A stretch of DNA of 64,000 nt. It comes from Hypanus sabinus. Its lineage: Eukaryota. The translations under genes and the position numbers were made by a program. The DNA lies in contig NC_082717.1 of the NCBI RefSeq assembly GCF_030144855.1, positions 110,484,001-110,548,000 on the forward strand, read 5' to 3'. The notes beneath the pieces are model-generated. The model was not told the origin of the DNA, ran no database searches, and saw only the letters and a program-made list of their open reading frames with translations. Below are positions 36,963-49,653 of the stretch, one piece after another. Each line of letters opens with the position of its first letter. Position 1 is the stretch's first letter.

Positions 36963-37032
36963 CAGGGATACCGATCGCTACAATTGCAGGATAGAAAACG
37001 CTCGCGAGGTAGTAAATCGTTGGGTATCCCAT
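36963..37032 (-). CDS. GPR139-like GPCR exon 1
   Basis: ATG at 37032, MGYPTIYYLASVFYPAIVAIGIP+G (70 nt), GTAAGG donor. The phase-1 join restores TM1 as GIPVN; total CDS 969 nt, 322 aa. Confidence 0.88.
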
Positions 37033-37048
37033 ATTCCGTCAAAGGCAG

Positions 37049-37162
37049 CTTTCAGTTTCACAGGACGTTCCAACCACTGAAAATGGACTGGTAGCATGTT
37101 TAACAGAGTTATATACAATTCAGAGTAATTCCACTGAGGCACTTAGTGTGGTTATGACATCA
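37049..37162 (-). promoter_or_regulatory. Putative GPCR core promoter
   Basis: TATATAA at 37109-37115, TGATGTCA (CRE-like) at 37155-37162, and GAAACTGAAAG (ISRE/IRF-like) at 37049-37059, all read on the minus strand. Confidence 0.5.
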
Positions 37163-37402
37163 GTCGCATGAGGGACAACCAGCTACACAAACAGTTACAT
37201 TAAAGTGTTTTTCTCATTCTGTAACCGTGCCATGAATTCGTATCCCTAAGGGATGTTACAACTTATTAACTTTTAAAGAAAATATAATACGAACGTCAGC
37301 AATGTATTTTCCAAGACATCTGACGTTAGCTGCTGAAATGGGACATTTTCTGATGAGTGTTGCTTCTGACATAGATAATCATCCAGAACAATCAACATGG
37401 AC

Positions 37403-40400
37403 AATCATAACCATATAAACATATAACAATTACAGCACGGAAACAGGCCATCTCGGCCCTTTTAGTCCGTGCCGAACGCGTACTCTCACATAATCCCACT
37501 GACACGCACTCAACCAATTACACTCCATTCCTTTCCTGTCCACATACATATCCAATTTTGCTTTAAATGACAATACCGAACCTGCCTCTACCAGTTCTAC
37601 TGGAAACTCATTCCACACGGCTACCAATTCGAGTAAAGAAATTCCCCCTCATGTTACCCTTAAACTTTTGCCCCCGAACTCTCAAATCATGTCCTCTTGT
37701 TTGAATCTCCCCTGCTCTGAATGTATCCACGCCTATCCACGTCAACTCTATCTATCCCCTTCAGAATTTTAAATACCTCTATCAAGCCCCCCCTGAACCT
37801 TCTATGCTCCGAAGAATAAAGACCTAACTTGTTCAATCTTTCCCTGTAACTTAGGTGCTGAAACCCAGCAAATCTTCTCTGTACCCTCTCTATTTTGTTG
37901 ACATCTTTCCTATAATTCGGTGACCAGAACTGTATATAATACTCCAAATTCGGCCTTACCAATGCCCTGTACAATTTTAACATTACATCCCAATTCCTAT
38001 ACTCAATGCTCTGATTTATAAAGGCCAACATACTAAAAGTTTCTTTACCACCCTATCCACTTGAGATTCCACCTTCAGGGAACTATGCATCATTATTCCG
38101 AGATTACTCTGTACTATTGCATTCTTCAGTGCCCTACCATTTTCCATGTATGTCCAATTTGGATTATTCCTATCAAAATGTAGCACCTCACACCTATCAG
38201 CATTCAACTCCATCTGGCATCTAGGCCACTCTTCTAACTCGCCTAAATCTGTCTGCAAACTTTGAAAACCTACTTCATTATCTACAACGCCGCCTATCTT
38301 AGTATTATCTGCATACTTACTAATCCAATTTACCACCCCATCATCCAGATCGTTAATGTATATGACAAAAAATATGGGACTCAGTACAGGTCCCTGAGGC
38401 ACACCACTAGTCATCGGCCTCCAACCTGACAAACAGTTATCTACCACTACTCTCTGGTATCTCCCATCCGGCCACTGTTAAATCCATTTTTCCACTTCAA
38501 TATTAACACCTAACGATTGAACCATCCTAACTAACCTTCCATGCGGAACCTTGTCAAAGGCCTTACTGAAGTCCATATGGACATCCACTTCTTTACCCTC
38601 ATCAACTTTCCTCGTAACCTCTTCAAAAAATCAATAAGATTTGTCAAACATATCCTTTCACGCACAAATCCATGTTGACTGTTCCTAATCAGACCCTGTC
38701 TATCCAGATAATTATATATACCATCTCTGAGACTACTTTCCATTAATTTACCCACCACTGACGTCAAACTGACAGGCCTATAATTGCTAGTTTTACTCTT
38801 AGAACCCTTTTTAAACAATGGAACCACACGAGCAATACGCCAATCCTCCGGCGCCATCCCGGTTTCTGACGACATTTGAAATATTTCTGTCAGAGCCCCT
38901 GCTATTTCTACACTAACTTCCTTCAAGGTCCTAGCGAATATCCTGTCAGGACCTGGAGATTTTATCCACTTTTATATTCCTTAAAAGCGCCAGTACTTCC
39001 TCCTCTTTAATCGTCATAGTTTCCATAAATTCCCTACTTGTTCCCCTTACTTTACAGAATTCAATATCCTTCTCCTTAGTGAATACCGAAGAAAATAAGT
39101 TGTTCAAAATCTCCCCCATCTTTTCGGCTCCACACCTAGCTGTCCACTCTGATTCTCCAAGGGACCAATTTTATCCCTCACTATCCTTTTTCTATTAATA
39201 TAACTGTAGAAACCCTTCGGATTTATTTTCACCTTACTTGCCAAAGCAACCTCGTTTAGCTTTTCTAATTTATTTCTTAAGATTCTTCTTACCTTCTTGA
39301 TATTACACGAGCACCTCATTTACTTCATGCTGCTTATATTTATTGTAGATATCTCTCTTTTTCTTATCCACGTTTCCAATATCCCTTGAAAACTATGGCT
39401 CTCTCAAACCTTTAACCTTTCCTTTCAACCTAGCAGGAACATAAAGATTCTGTATCCTCAAAATTTCACTTTTAAATGACTACTATTTCTCTATTACATC
39501 CTTCCCATAAAGCAAACTGTCCCACTCCACTCCTTCTAAATCCTTTCGCATCGCCTCAAAGTTAGCCTTTCTCCAATCAAAAATCTCAATCCTGGGCCCA
39601 GTCCTATCCTTCTCCATAATTATATTGAAACTAATGGCATTGTGATCACTGGACCAGAAGTGCTCCCCAACATATACCTCCGTCATCTGACATATTTCAT
39701 TCCCTAATAGAAGATCTAACACTGCCCCTTCTCTAGTTGTTACCTCTATGTATTGCTGCAAGAAAACTATCCCACATACATTTTACAAACTCCAAACCAT
39801 CCATCCGTATGGCTTTCCCAGTCTATGTGTGGAAAATTAAAATCTCCCACAATCACAACCCTGTGCTTACTACAAATATCTGCTATCTCCTTGCAAATTT
39901 GCTGCTCCAATTCTCGATCACCATTAGGTGGTCTATAATACACCCCTATAAGTGTTACTACACCTTTCCCATTCCTGAATTCCTCCCAAATAGTCTCCCT
40001 AGAAGAGCCCTCTAATCTATCCTGCCAGAGTAATGTTTTCTCTGACAAGCAACACAACAACCCCCCCCCCCGGTCCCTCCGATTCTGTCACACCTGAAGC
40101 AATGAAATCCAGGAATATTTAGTTTCTAATCAACCCCTCCTGCAACCATGTTTCACTAATAGCAACAACATCATATTTCCTGGTATCAATCCATGCTCTA
40201 AGCTCATCCACCTTTCTTACAACAATCCTAGCATTAAAATAAATGCATTTAAGAAATTTTCCACCTCTTCCTCTCTGTTTATCTCTAACAGTACAAAGAA
40301 TTTTACTGTCTTCTTTTTCTTCCTTCTCCCATGCATCTGTTCCTACACTCTGGTTCTCCTCCCTCCTCATATCTAGTTTAAATCCACTGGACCCTCTCCA

Positions 40401-40690
40401 GCAACCCTACCTGTAAGAATATTTGTACCCCTCCAGTTCACTTACTACCTTACTATTTCTAAACCCACCTACACGTGGCACTGGTAGCAATCCTGAGATT
40501 GCTATTCTGGAGGTTTTGTACTTTAACTTGACACCTAGCACCCTAAACTCACCTTTCAGGACCTCCTCACTCTTCCTACCCATGACGTTGGTCCCTACAT
40601 GGACCACGACATCCGGCTGCTCACCCTCCCTCTTGAGAATACTGAGAACTCGATTCGAGATATCGTGGGCCCGGGCAACAGCCCATCCGG
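37403..40690 (-). mobile_element. Long CR1 LINE (partial ORF1 esterase, endonuclease, RT, tail), inactivated
   Basis: VHVGTN (ORF1), YFNAR..ISETWL, GVYYRPP, VGDFNFP, SDHN, NYRPVSLTS, KYADNT, and a (TTATATGG) tail. Confidence 0.92.
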
Positions 40691-40916
40691 GATTCTCGAT
40701 CTCTTCTTTTACCTCTTCTTTCTCCGCCTCTTGTTGTGATTTCTACTTTAAACAGATTTATTTTGTCACATTCAGTAGAGCACATTTGCTTCTGACATGG
40801 AGAGCGGAACCCTAGCTCGGCAAGTGAAATAGGGTACAATTTATTGAGGGAGATGATAGAATCATTGTATTTCTTTCGCTTGTTTTGGTTATTTCGAGTC
40901 ATTTGAATGACGAAAG

Positions 40917-42202
40917 TGTCAGGAACGGGGGCCGGATGGACCGAAACGCAGGACGCAGATATTGAAGTACTCGGGGGAGGACAGGATGGGGATGCCATGG
41001 CATTTAAGGGTTAATACAGGCGGGGCTGGATCCAAGAGTTCAAACGAGGCAGACAAGCAGGAGGATCCCAGAGTTCGGGGCAGGCAGGCAGGCAGGCAGA
41101 TCCCACATTTCGGGACAGGCAGGCAGGCAGGCAGGCAGATCCCACAATTCGGGGCACGCAGGCAGGCAGGCAGATCCCACAGTTCGGGGCAGGCAGGCAG
41201 GCAGATCCCACAGTTCGGGGCTGGTAGGCAGGCAGGCAGATCCCACAATTCGGGGCAGGCAGATTCCTCATGGCGGGCCGCAGAGATCCCGGGCAGGGCC
41301 GCTCCCCAGGCGGGAACACAGAGGCCTGGGCCAGACGCGGACACCTGGGTAGGTGCGGGGCACGGTCCATGGGAAACGAGGGGAGGAAAGGGTAGGAGTC
41401 CCTAGGGCAGGCCGCATGGATCCCGGGCAGGGCCGCCTCCCAGACGGAAAACAGAGGACTGGGCCAGACGCGGACACCTGGACAGGTGTGGGGCACAACC
41501 GTTAGGGAGCAATAGGTGGAAAAGGCAGAATCCCCGCCGGGCAGCGGCAGTCTGGCCGGACCCGCCCGACGGAGGCAACGAGTAGGAGGGGGCAGAACCC
41601 CCGCCGGGCAGCAGCAGCCCGGCCGGATCCGCCCGACGGAGGCAACGGGTAGGAAGATGGGTCCAGGGTAAGCAGCAGAACTGCAGTGATCCACCGGGTA
41701 CATTGGGAAAGGCAACCGAAAGCGCGGGCAAGACGAATAAGACGGAACGACGGGGCCAGCGCACCCGTGAGGAGCAGGAAAAGCATGAGGAACCGGGTAA
41801 AACAGGTACAGAGTGGGTTGCAGAGCGGAATAGAGAGCCGTTTGCAGAACAGGCAGAAGGCAGGATACGGAGCAGGATTCGGAGCAAACGAACCAAGTGT
41901 AGAGTAGGTTAAACCGACTTCGGAGCAGACAAGGAGCAGACGAACCAGGTATAGAGCTGGTTAAACCAGCTTCGGAGCTAGCAGGATGCAGAACAAAAAC
42001 GACCACCCCCCTCCGGTCTCAGTCCCACGGCCCCTTATAAAAACCTGTAGCCGAATTTGCCACAGGTGTGCCTCCTTGATCTAGGATGATCTTAACAGTC
42101 TCAAAGGGGCCGGGAGGGACAACTGCAAGACCCGGAGTCCGGAGCACTCGGACCGGATCGAGACCCAGAACGCGGATTCCGCGACCGGACCGGACCCTGA
42201 CA
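40917..42202 (-). mobile_element. Solo-LTR-like element (1286 bp), GC/CpG-rich, with internal tandem repeats
   Basis: TGTCAGG...CCTGACA termini and a perfect TSD gaaag (40912-40916 and 42203-42207). TATAA near 42035-42041 (minus). About six ~31-36 bp repeats at 41065-41265. Confidence 0.82.
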
Positions 42203-42699
42203 GAAAGTCACAGTAACAGCTGATGACATATATCACAATAAAACACGTTGTACCTATGTGCTTCTGAACATATAAAGAGTATTGAGAGTAACATTCCAGG
42301 GACTGTGATAATAGAAAAAAATGTTAAGCGCCCACGCGAATTTAGATACGGCTTGTGGACGGTTTGAAAAACGTTCTTTTCTCTATTACCAAAGAGTGGA
42401 TGACTGATTCTTTAACTCTGACAAGTGCAGTGCAGGGATGGATGTTAAGACCATTGTCGATTCAGATGCCGATGTAGAAAACTGAATCAGAAGGATTGCG
42501 GGCGACCCCTAAGTTGGAGGCGTTGTTCCAGCCAGGATCTGCATCCAAGCCTGTAGCTTGATGTTGACTGGCTTGGAAATGGGCTGAAAAATGGCAGATG
42601 GCACTTAATACAGACAACTGTGAGATAGTCTGCGTTGTGAGGGAAGATAAAATATGTCGACATTAGTGTGCAGGACATAAAAAGAGACCTGGCGATCCA

Positions 42700-43478
42700 G
42701 ATCGATAACTCTACGAAATCAGCGTCGCGATCAGATTAGAGCTCGTAATCACAGTGGTCTTCACAATCAGATCACTGATTGTGAGTTGGGACGTTATGTT
42801 GAAACTGTACAACACGTTAATGAGGCCACAGATAGAATATCGTGGGCTGTTCTGGTCACTTACTTACAATTTTGAAATATCAATAAGCTTCAGCATACAC
42901 GGTGATAATTTGAAAGGAAGTGTTCGGGAAATGAACAAGCTGAATGCACCCAGATTTTCCCCATCTAGGGTCTATACAATAGACACTATAGAGAGGGTGC
43001 ATGGATGCTAGAGAGGGTGTGCAGAGGTGATTTACAAGGGTGTTGCCTGGAATTAAGGTGATACCTTAGGAGAACATGGCCTTTTCTCCTTGTAATGACA
43101 GGGGATGAGAAGTAACCTGGCAGAGGTGTACAAGATGAAGGGAGTCATTGATCGCGTGGATAGTCTGATTCCCCCCGCCCCCCAGTGTCGAAATGGCTAA
43201 CCCAAATGTGCATAGTTTTAAAGTGCTTTGTAATAGATACAGAGGGGATATCAGGAGTACATTTTTTTTCACACAGGAAGTTGTGTGTGCATGGAATACA
43301 GTGCCAGCGGCAGTGGTGAAAGTAGAAACAATAGGGTCTTTTAAGAGTCTTTTAGACTGGTACACCGCGATCAGAAAAATAGAGGGCTAAGCGCTCCAGA
43401 AAGTCCTGGGACTTTCGGCACAACATTTTGGACTGAAGGGCTTGTAATATGCTGCAGAGTTCTATGTTTTATGTTCTA
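42700..43478 (+). mobile_element. Old CR1 3' fragments
   Basis: WDVMLKLYNTLMRPQIEY and FFTQEVVCAWN. Confidence 0.7.
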
Positions 43479-43899
43479 TCCTTTGAGTGAATCTACAACC
43501 TCTATGCTTGTGGAGAAAGTTGAAATATGCAAGCAGTGTATGTAGTAGAAGTTATTCCGTCAGAGGGTCGGGCGAGTGTAGAAGGAACTGCAAACATAAC
43601 TGGTAGGTGTGCATTCAATTGTATTATTTTAGTAAAGGTTGTGTAGGTACGTGGATGACAGAAGGACGAAGGGTGCAGATAAATGGTGCGAGGCGGAGCA
43701 TCACAGAGACGTGGCCTAGATGGACGGAAAAGCCTACATCTCTATAGTAATAATCTGCGACTTCATGGCTATTTTTGTCCCATTTCCACATTCAATGTCT
43801 TCTCATTTGCGTCACCAATCTAAGTATGTGCAGAACAGAGGGTGTGTTCAAGCTTACCTGTCAAGCCGATTTCCTTCTGCTCCTGAAGCACACACTACT

Positions 43900-44215
43900 C
43901 TTTGCCTATTGTAGAACTCGTACCTGTGAGCTACCGTTGGCTTATTAGAAAAATAAAGTCTCACCAGTCTGCATCCAGTGTGGAACTTGTACTAATGTGT
44001 AACCCTCGGCTGACTGGACAGAGCTTCACGTCCGTATCTATCGTGGAAATGGTGTCGATTTGCGAATCTGGTATCACTGGAGGATGACTCGCCTCTCTGT
44101 ATCCATCGTGGAACTGGTATCGATGCGTGATGTGCGGAACTGTTATCATCAGTGTGGGCTGAGTCGCCACTCTGTATCCATAGTGGGACTTGTGCTGATG
44201 GGTGGCCCTCGGCTT
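43900..44215. repeat. Degenerate interspersed repeat (~30-bp motif at 63-75 bp spacing, 5 copies)
   Basis: Motif approximately tctgtatccatcgtggaacttgtactgatg, at ~43900, 43968, 44031, 44096 and 44171. Confidence 0.65.
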
Positions 44216-44641
44216 CTTTTAAAGTATCCCAGCACTGATAACACGTTTTTCTCTCTCATACTATGAATACGATTTGTGAGGCTGTTTGCAATAGTCTCAC
44301 CGTGTGATTCACCTTTTCTTGTAAATTGCTCTCTATCAGTAACTCGGAAACAGTTGCCACTTGTTAAGACAGCAATGCATTTCAATTCCCACTCGGCCAT
44401 TTCAATGTCCACTGCGCCATTAATCAATACATCCGGTTTACTGATCAATAGATCAACGTTCGTACTATTTATTTTATTTCTGCGATATGTGTGCTGTTAC
44501 CAAGACTTCATTTATTATCTATCTCCAATCGCTCCGCCAAGGGCATATAAAAACTTGTCTTTTACGTGATTGCAGCCTTTCAAGCAGTGGATGAGAAGAG
44601 GTAGAGAAGAACAGTGACGGACGGAGATATATTTCTAGGCA

Positions 44642-47140
44642 ACAATAAACAATAGACAATAGACTGTAGGTGCAGGAGTAGGTCATTCGGCCCTTCTATC
44701 CAGCACCACCATTCACTGTGATCATGGTTGATCATACACAATCAGTACCCCGTTCCTGCCCTCTCCCTATATCCCTTGACCCCTCTATCTATAAGAGGTC
44801 TATCTAACTCTGTCTTGAATGCATCCAGACAGTTGGCCTCCACTGCCTTCTGGGGCAGAGCATTCCACATATCCACTCTCTGGGTGAAAATTTTTTTCCG
44901 CATCTCTGTTCTAAATGGCCTACCCCTTATTCTTAAACTGTGGCCTCTAGTTCCGGACTCACCCATCAGCGGGAACATGCTTCCTGTCTCCAGCGTGTCC
45001 AATCCCTTAATAATTTTAGATGCTTCAATCCGATCCCCTCCCATCCTTCTAAATTCCAGTGTATACAAGCCCAGTCGCTCCAATCTTTCAACATATGACA
45101 GTCCCGCCATTCCGGGAATTAACCTTGTGAACCTAAGCTGCACTCCCTCAATAGCAAGAATGTCCTTCCTCAAATTTGGAGACCAAACTGCACACAATAC
45201 TCCAGGTGGGGTCTCACCAGTGCCCTGTACAGATGCAGAAGGAACTCTTTGCTCCTATACTCAATTCCTCTTGTTATAAAGGCCAGCATGCCATTAGCTT
45301 TCTTCACTGCCTGCTGTATCTGCATGCTTACTTTCATTGACTGATGTACAAGAACACCTCGATCTTGTTGTACTTCCCCTTTTCCTAACTTGATTTTTTA
45401 GCTAGTAACCTGCCTTCCTGTTCTTGCCACCAAAGTGGATAACCTCACATTTATCCACATTAAACTGCATTTGCCATACATTTGTCCACTCACCCAACCT
45501 GTCCCAGTCACCCTGCATTCTCATAACATCCTCTTGACATTTCACACTGCCACCCAGCTTTGTGTCATCGGCAAATTTGCTAATGTTACTTTTAATCCAT
45601 TCATCTAAATCATTAATGTATATTGTAAACAGCTGCGGTTCCAGCACCCAACCTTGCGGTACCCCACTGGTCACAGACTCCCATTCGGAAAGGGACCCGT
45701 TAATCGCTACTCTTTGTTTCCTGTCAGCCAGCCAATTTTCAATCCAAGTCAGTACTCTGCCCCCAATACCATGTGCCCTAATTTTGCCCACTAATCTCCT
45801 ATGTGGGACTTTATCAAAAGCTGTCTGGAAGTCCAGGTACACTACATCCACCGGCTCTCCCTTGTCCATTTTCATAGTTATATACTCAAATAACTCCAGA
45901 AGATTCGACAAGCATGATTTTCCCTTCATAAATCCATGCTGACTCGGACCGATCCCTCTACTGCTATCCAAATATGTCGTAATTTCCTCTTTTATGATTG
46001 ACTCCAGCATCATTCCCACCACTGACGTCAGGTTAACCGGTCTATAATTCCCTGTTTTCTCTCTCCCTCCGTTCTTTAAAAGTGGGACATCATTAGCCAC
46101 CCTTCAATTAGCAGGAACTGTTCCAGAATCTATAGAACATTGGAAAATCATTACCAATGCGTCCACGATTTCTGGAGCCACCTCTTTAAGTACCCTGGGA
46201 TGCAGACCATCAGGTCCCGGGGACTTATCAGCCTTCTGACTCAACTGTCTATCCAACATCGTTTCTTACCTATTATAAATTTCCTTCACTTCATCCTTTA
46301 CTCTAGTTCCTTTGACCACTATTACATCTGGGAGAATGTTTGTGTCTTCCCTAGTGAAGACAGATCCAAAGTGCCTGTTCAACTCGTCTGCCATTTCCTT
46401 GTTCCCCATAATAAATTCACCGTTTCTGTCTTCAATGGCCCAATTTTGGTCTTAATTATTTTTTTTGCTATTCACATACCTAAAGAAGTTTTTACTATCC
46501 TCCTTTATATTCTTGGCTAGTTTACCTTCGTACCTCATTTTTTCTTGGCGTATTGCCTTTTTTGTTATCTTCTGTTGCTCTTTAAAATCTTCTCAGTCCT
46601 CTGGTTTCCCGCTCATCTTTGCTATGTTATACTTCTTCTCTTTTATTTTTATACTGCCCTTTACTTCCATCGCCAGCCACGGCCGCCCTTTACTCCCCTT
46701 AGGATCTTTCTTCCTCTTTGGAATGAACCGATCCGGCACCTTCTGCTTTATTCCCAGAAATCCTGGCCATTGTTGTTCCACGGTCTTCCCTGCTAGGGTA
46801 TTGTTCCATTGAACTTTGGCCAGCTCCTCCCTCATAGCTCCATTGTTCCCTTTGTTCAACTGCAATACTGACACATCCGATTTTCCCTTCTCCTTCTCAA
46901 ATTGTAGGTAAAAACATATCATATTATGTCACTACCTCTTAATGGTTCCTTTACCTCGAGGTCCCTGATCAAATCTGGTTCATTGCACAACACTAAATCT
47001 AGTATTGCCTTCTCCCTGGTAGGCTCCAGTACAAGCTGTTCTAACAATCCATCTTGGAGGCACTCCACAAACTCCCTTTCTTGGGGTCCAGAACCATTCT
47101 GATTCTCCCAGTCTACCTGCATGTTGAAATCCCCCATGAC
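44642..47140 (-). mobile_element. CR1 LINE, 5'-truncated, relatively well preserved
   Basis: ORF 45402..46100 carries the RT core (NYRPVNLTS, QHGF, YLDFQTAFDKVP, GVPQG, KFADD); (caataga) tail. Confidence 0.92.
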
Positions 47141-47609
47141 AGACTTCTGACTCGCGCTGGATCTCTGAGAAGGCGAGTTCCCCTGCAACTGTGGTCAATG
47201 CTCAGATGCTGGAGGTGCCGCCTGGACGTGCACTGAACACTATACACATTGCAGAATGAAATGTGATGAAGCGGGCTCCTTTACTGGATGACATCAAGAC
47301 TTCTATTGACTTGCTGAAGATTTAAGTGTGGAATATTCATCATACTCTTGTTCCATGTCATCGGTGGACAAAAAGGTAGGGTATTTTAGGAGGAGACTCG
47401 CAGAGCAGGTTTCCAACGTGAATCTATGCATCCTGTTGCAAGGTAGTTAGAAACTCATTTTGCCAATCTCCTTGGGATTCGGTGGGTTCCGTTCTTTTAG
47501 ACAGTCCTCAGATCCTTCTGGATAGAAACACTTGGGAATGTTTCCATGTTCATTCACTGATGCAAATAGCATGGATTTTAGAGTGTGGTACAGGAATCTA
47601 TATTGGGTC

Positions 47610-47820
47610 TCACCAATATGGAATGAGGGAGGACGTGTAGATGCATGTACGGCATTTGTAACGCTTGCAGTGATAAGTGCCAGGAAGGAGATTAGTCGGG
47701 AGGGATAGAAGACAAGGGAGTGACGTGATACCTGCAGAAACCGCATAAGGGGTTGGGGGCTGTGCAGGGAATTGTACTATCGTAAGATTCCCGTTGAAGA
47801 CGGAGGAAGTTACGGAGGTC
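47610..47820 (-). mobile_element. Penelope-like fragment
   Basis: PGTYHCKRYKCRTC, homologous to PGTYPCKRNKCYTY in ORF 2341..2802. Confidence 0.6.
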
Positions 47821-47874
47821 AAACGCTGGAAATGTGTTAGGTAACAACATTAAGGTTTTTTTCTCTCCAGCTAT

Positions 47875-48372
47875 TGGAAGGATATGGAGACCATAGAAAG
47901 GGTGCAGAAGAGATTTACAAAGATTTGCCCGTATTAGGGAGCATGCCTTATGAGAATAGATTCAGTGAGCTCGGCCTTTTTTACTCGGAGCGACGGACGA
48001 TGAGAGGTGACCTGACAGAGGTATATAAAATGATGAGAGGCATTGATCGTGTGAATATTCAGAAGCTTTTTCCCACGGCTGAAATAGCTAGCACGAGTGG
48101 TGCATTTATATTGTGCTTGGAGGTAGGTTTCAAAGGAGATTTTTTTTTTACGTAGAGAGCGGTGAGTGCGTGGAATGGACTGTTGGCGACAGTGCTGGAG
48201 CCGGATATGGAAGGGTCTTTGAATAGACTCCTGGACAGATACACGGAGCTTTGAAAAATAGTGGGCTAAGGTCAACTCTAGGTAATTTCTCAGGTAAGGG
48301 CATGTCCGGCACAGATTTGTGGACCTAAGGGCCTATATTGTGCTGTACGATTTCTATGTTTCGATTTTTCTA
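47875..48372 (+). mobile_element. CR1 LINE 3' end
   Basis: MPYENRFSELGLF..RRTMRGDLTEVYKMMRG, then a tail. Confidence 0.8.
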
Positions 48373-49119
48373 TGACGCTGGAAGAAAGTAAAGGTAAATT
48401 CTGCAGAAGGTCAGACATAGATATCGAGAAATACTCACCTGTTTTAGGGTGATAATGTTGTTCAGTCAATCGAAGGTCAGGCAAATCTTGTGCAAAAACA
48501 AACAGTGAAACCAGCACTATTATGAAGATTACTATCTGAAGTAAATGAGAATGCAGGAAACTGCATCAAATGCCAAGCGTGTGAGGATGGTTTTTCTGGA
48601 TCTTCAAAGGGAGTTATCTGAGGGCACAGGCCGACGTAATATTTACCTGCTAGAAGGTGCAGTTCCGCCAACTCTGCAAAAAAAATTCCAGATGGTGTCT
48701 CTCCGGTGCATGCAATTACTGTCATTGCCATCCTAAAAATGTGGATTTTGTCCTGGTCAAATATATATCGTAAACATTTATTATGCTAATTATCATCAAC
48801 TACAATCAGCATTGAATTACTAGCGGCTCAGTGAAGCGTGGGTCTCCCACCTTCAGGAACACATATACATGTTCTTTATTTTACCCGCTTAAAACACTCT
48901 CTGTCGTTAACAGAGAGCCACTGTGCTCTGCGAAAGATCGAATGTGATACGTATTTAGTGCACGTTGTACGTTAATTTTTCTCTAATTGGCACCTCAAGT
49001 TTCGCACCAAAATAAAATCTCCAAAACCCTTCATTTTAAAATATTGTAAAAAGTTTTTTCTCTGCACCTCTGGTGGTGGGCTTGACGTACTCTACCCAGA
49101 GGCAGCTCCTCCACTTTTA

Positions 49120-49360
49120 GTTCCCTCCTCGCACGCAGTTTTTACCGGTGGTCCAAGTAACTGTTTGCAACCGACAGTGGCAACCCCTGATACTGCGCTT
49201 AGACAGTCGGGCTGAACTAGTTGAAGGCAGCGGGCAAATATGAATCTCTGTGAGTTAGGGATTTGCCTACCCCAGCATGTGAAGACAGTTCCCGGACTCG
49301 GCGGTTGAGATCAACTTCAAGATACAGCACCCAAGAATGCGGTGCAGCAACGCTTCATGG
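49120..49360 (+). mobile_element. Divergent RTE 5'-UTR-like fragment
   Basis: Aligns by eye, in blocks, with the reverse complement of ~56040-56225 (e.g. gtaactgtttgcaa/gtagctgtttgcaa and gcatgtgaagac/gcatgcgaagac). Confidence 0.55.
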
Positions 49361-49653
49361 AGAGCGAAGTAAAAACAAGGCCCAGAAGGCGTTATAGCTG
49401 CGGCTGCAGCCGAGGAAGTTTCCATAGAAATAGTCACTATGGCTCTTTCAAAGAAAGAGGTTTTCAGTTTATCGCCAGTGTGCGCATATAAAGTTAAAAG
49501 CATACATAGATTTGTATACAGATAGATTGAGAGGGATTATATTTAGGAGACCGAAAATTTGACTCCCTTTCTGGTCTTTGAGGAAACCACTGTGGTTTCC
49601 CTCTTTCCGAGCGATCCATCGCTGTAATGAACAGGACTGTCACAGACTATAGG

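Noticed and set aside
40919-42006. 331-aa and overlapping ORFs as protein genes
   Set aside because: Low-complexity translations of GC-rich tandem repeats inside an LTR-like element, open in several frames.
43900-44215. CRISPR-like repeat-spacer pattern
   Set aside because: The repeats are degenerate and the intervening sequences are partly related to each other, consistent with an old tandem duplication.
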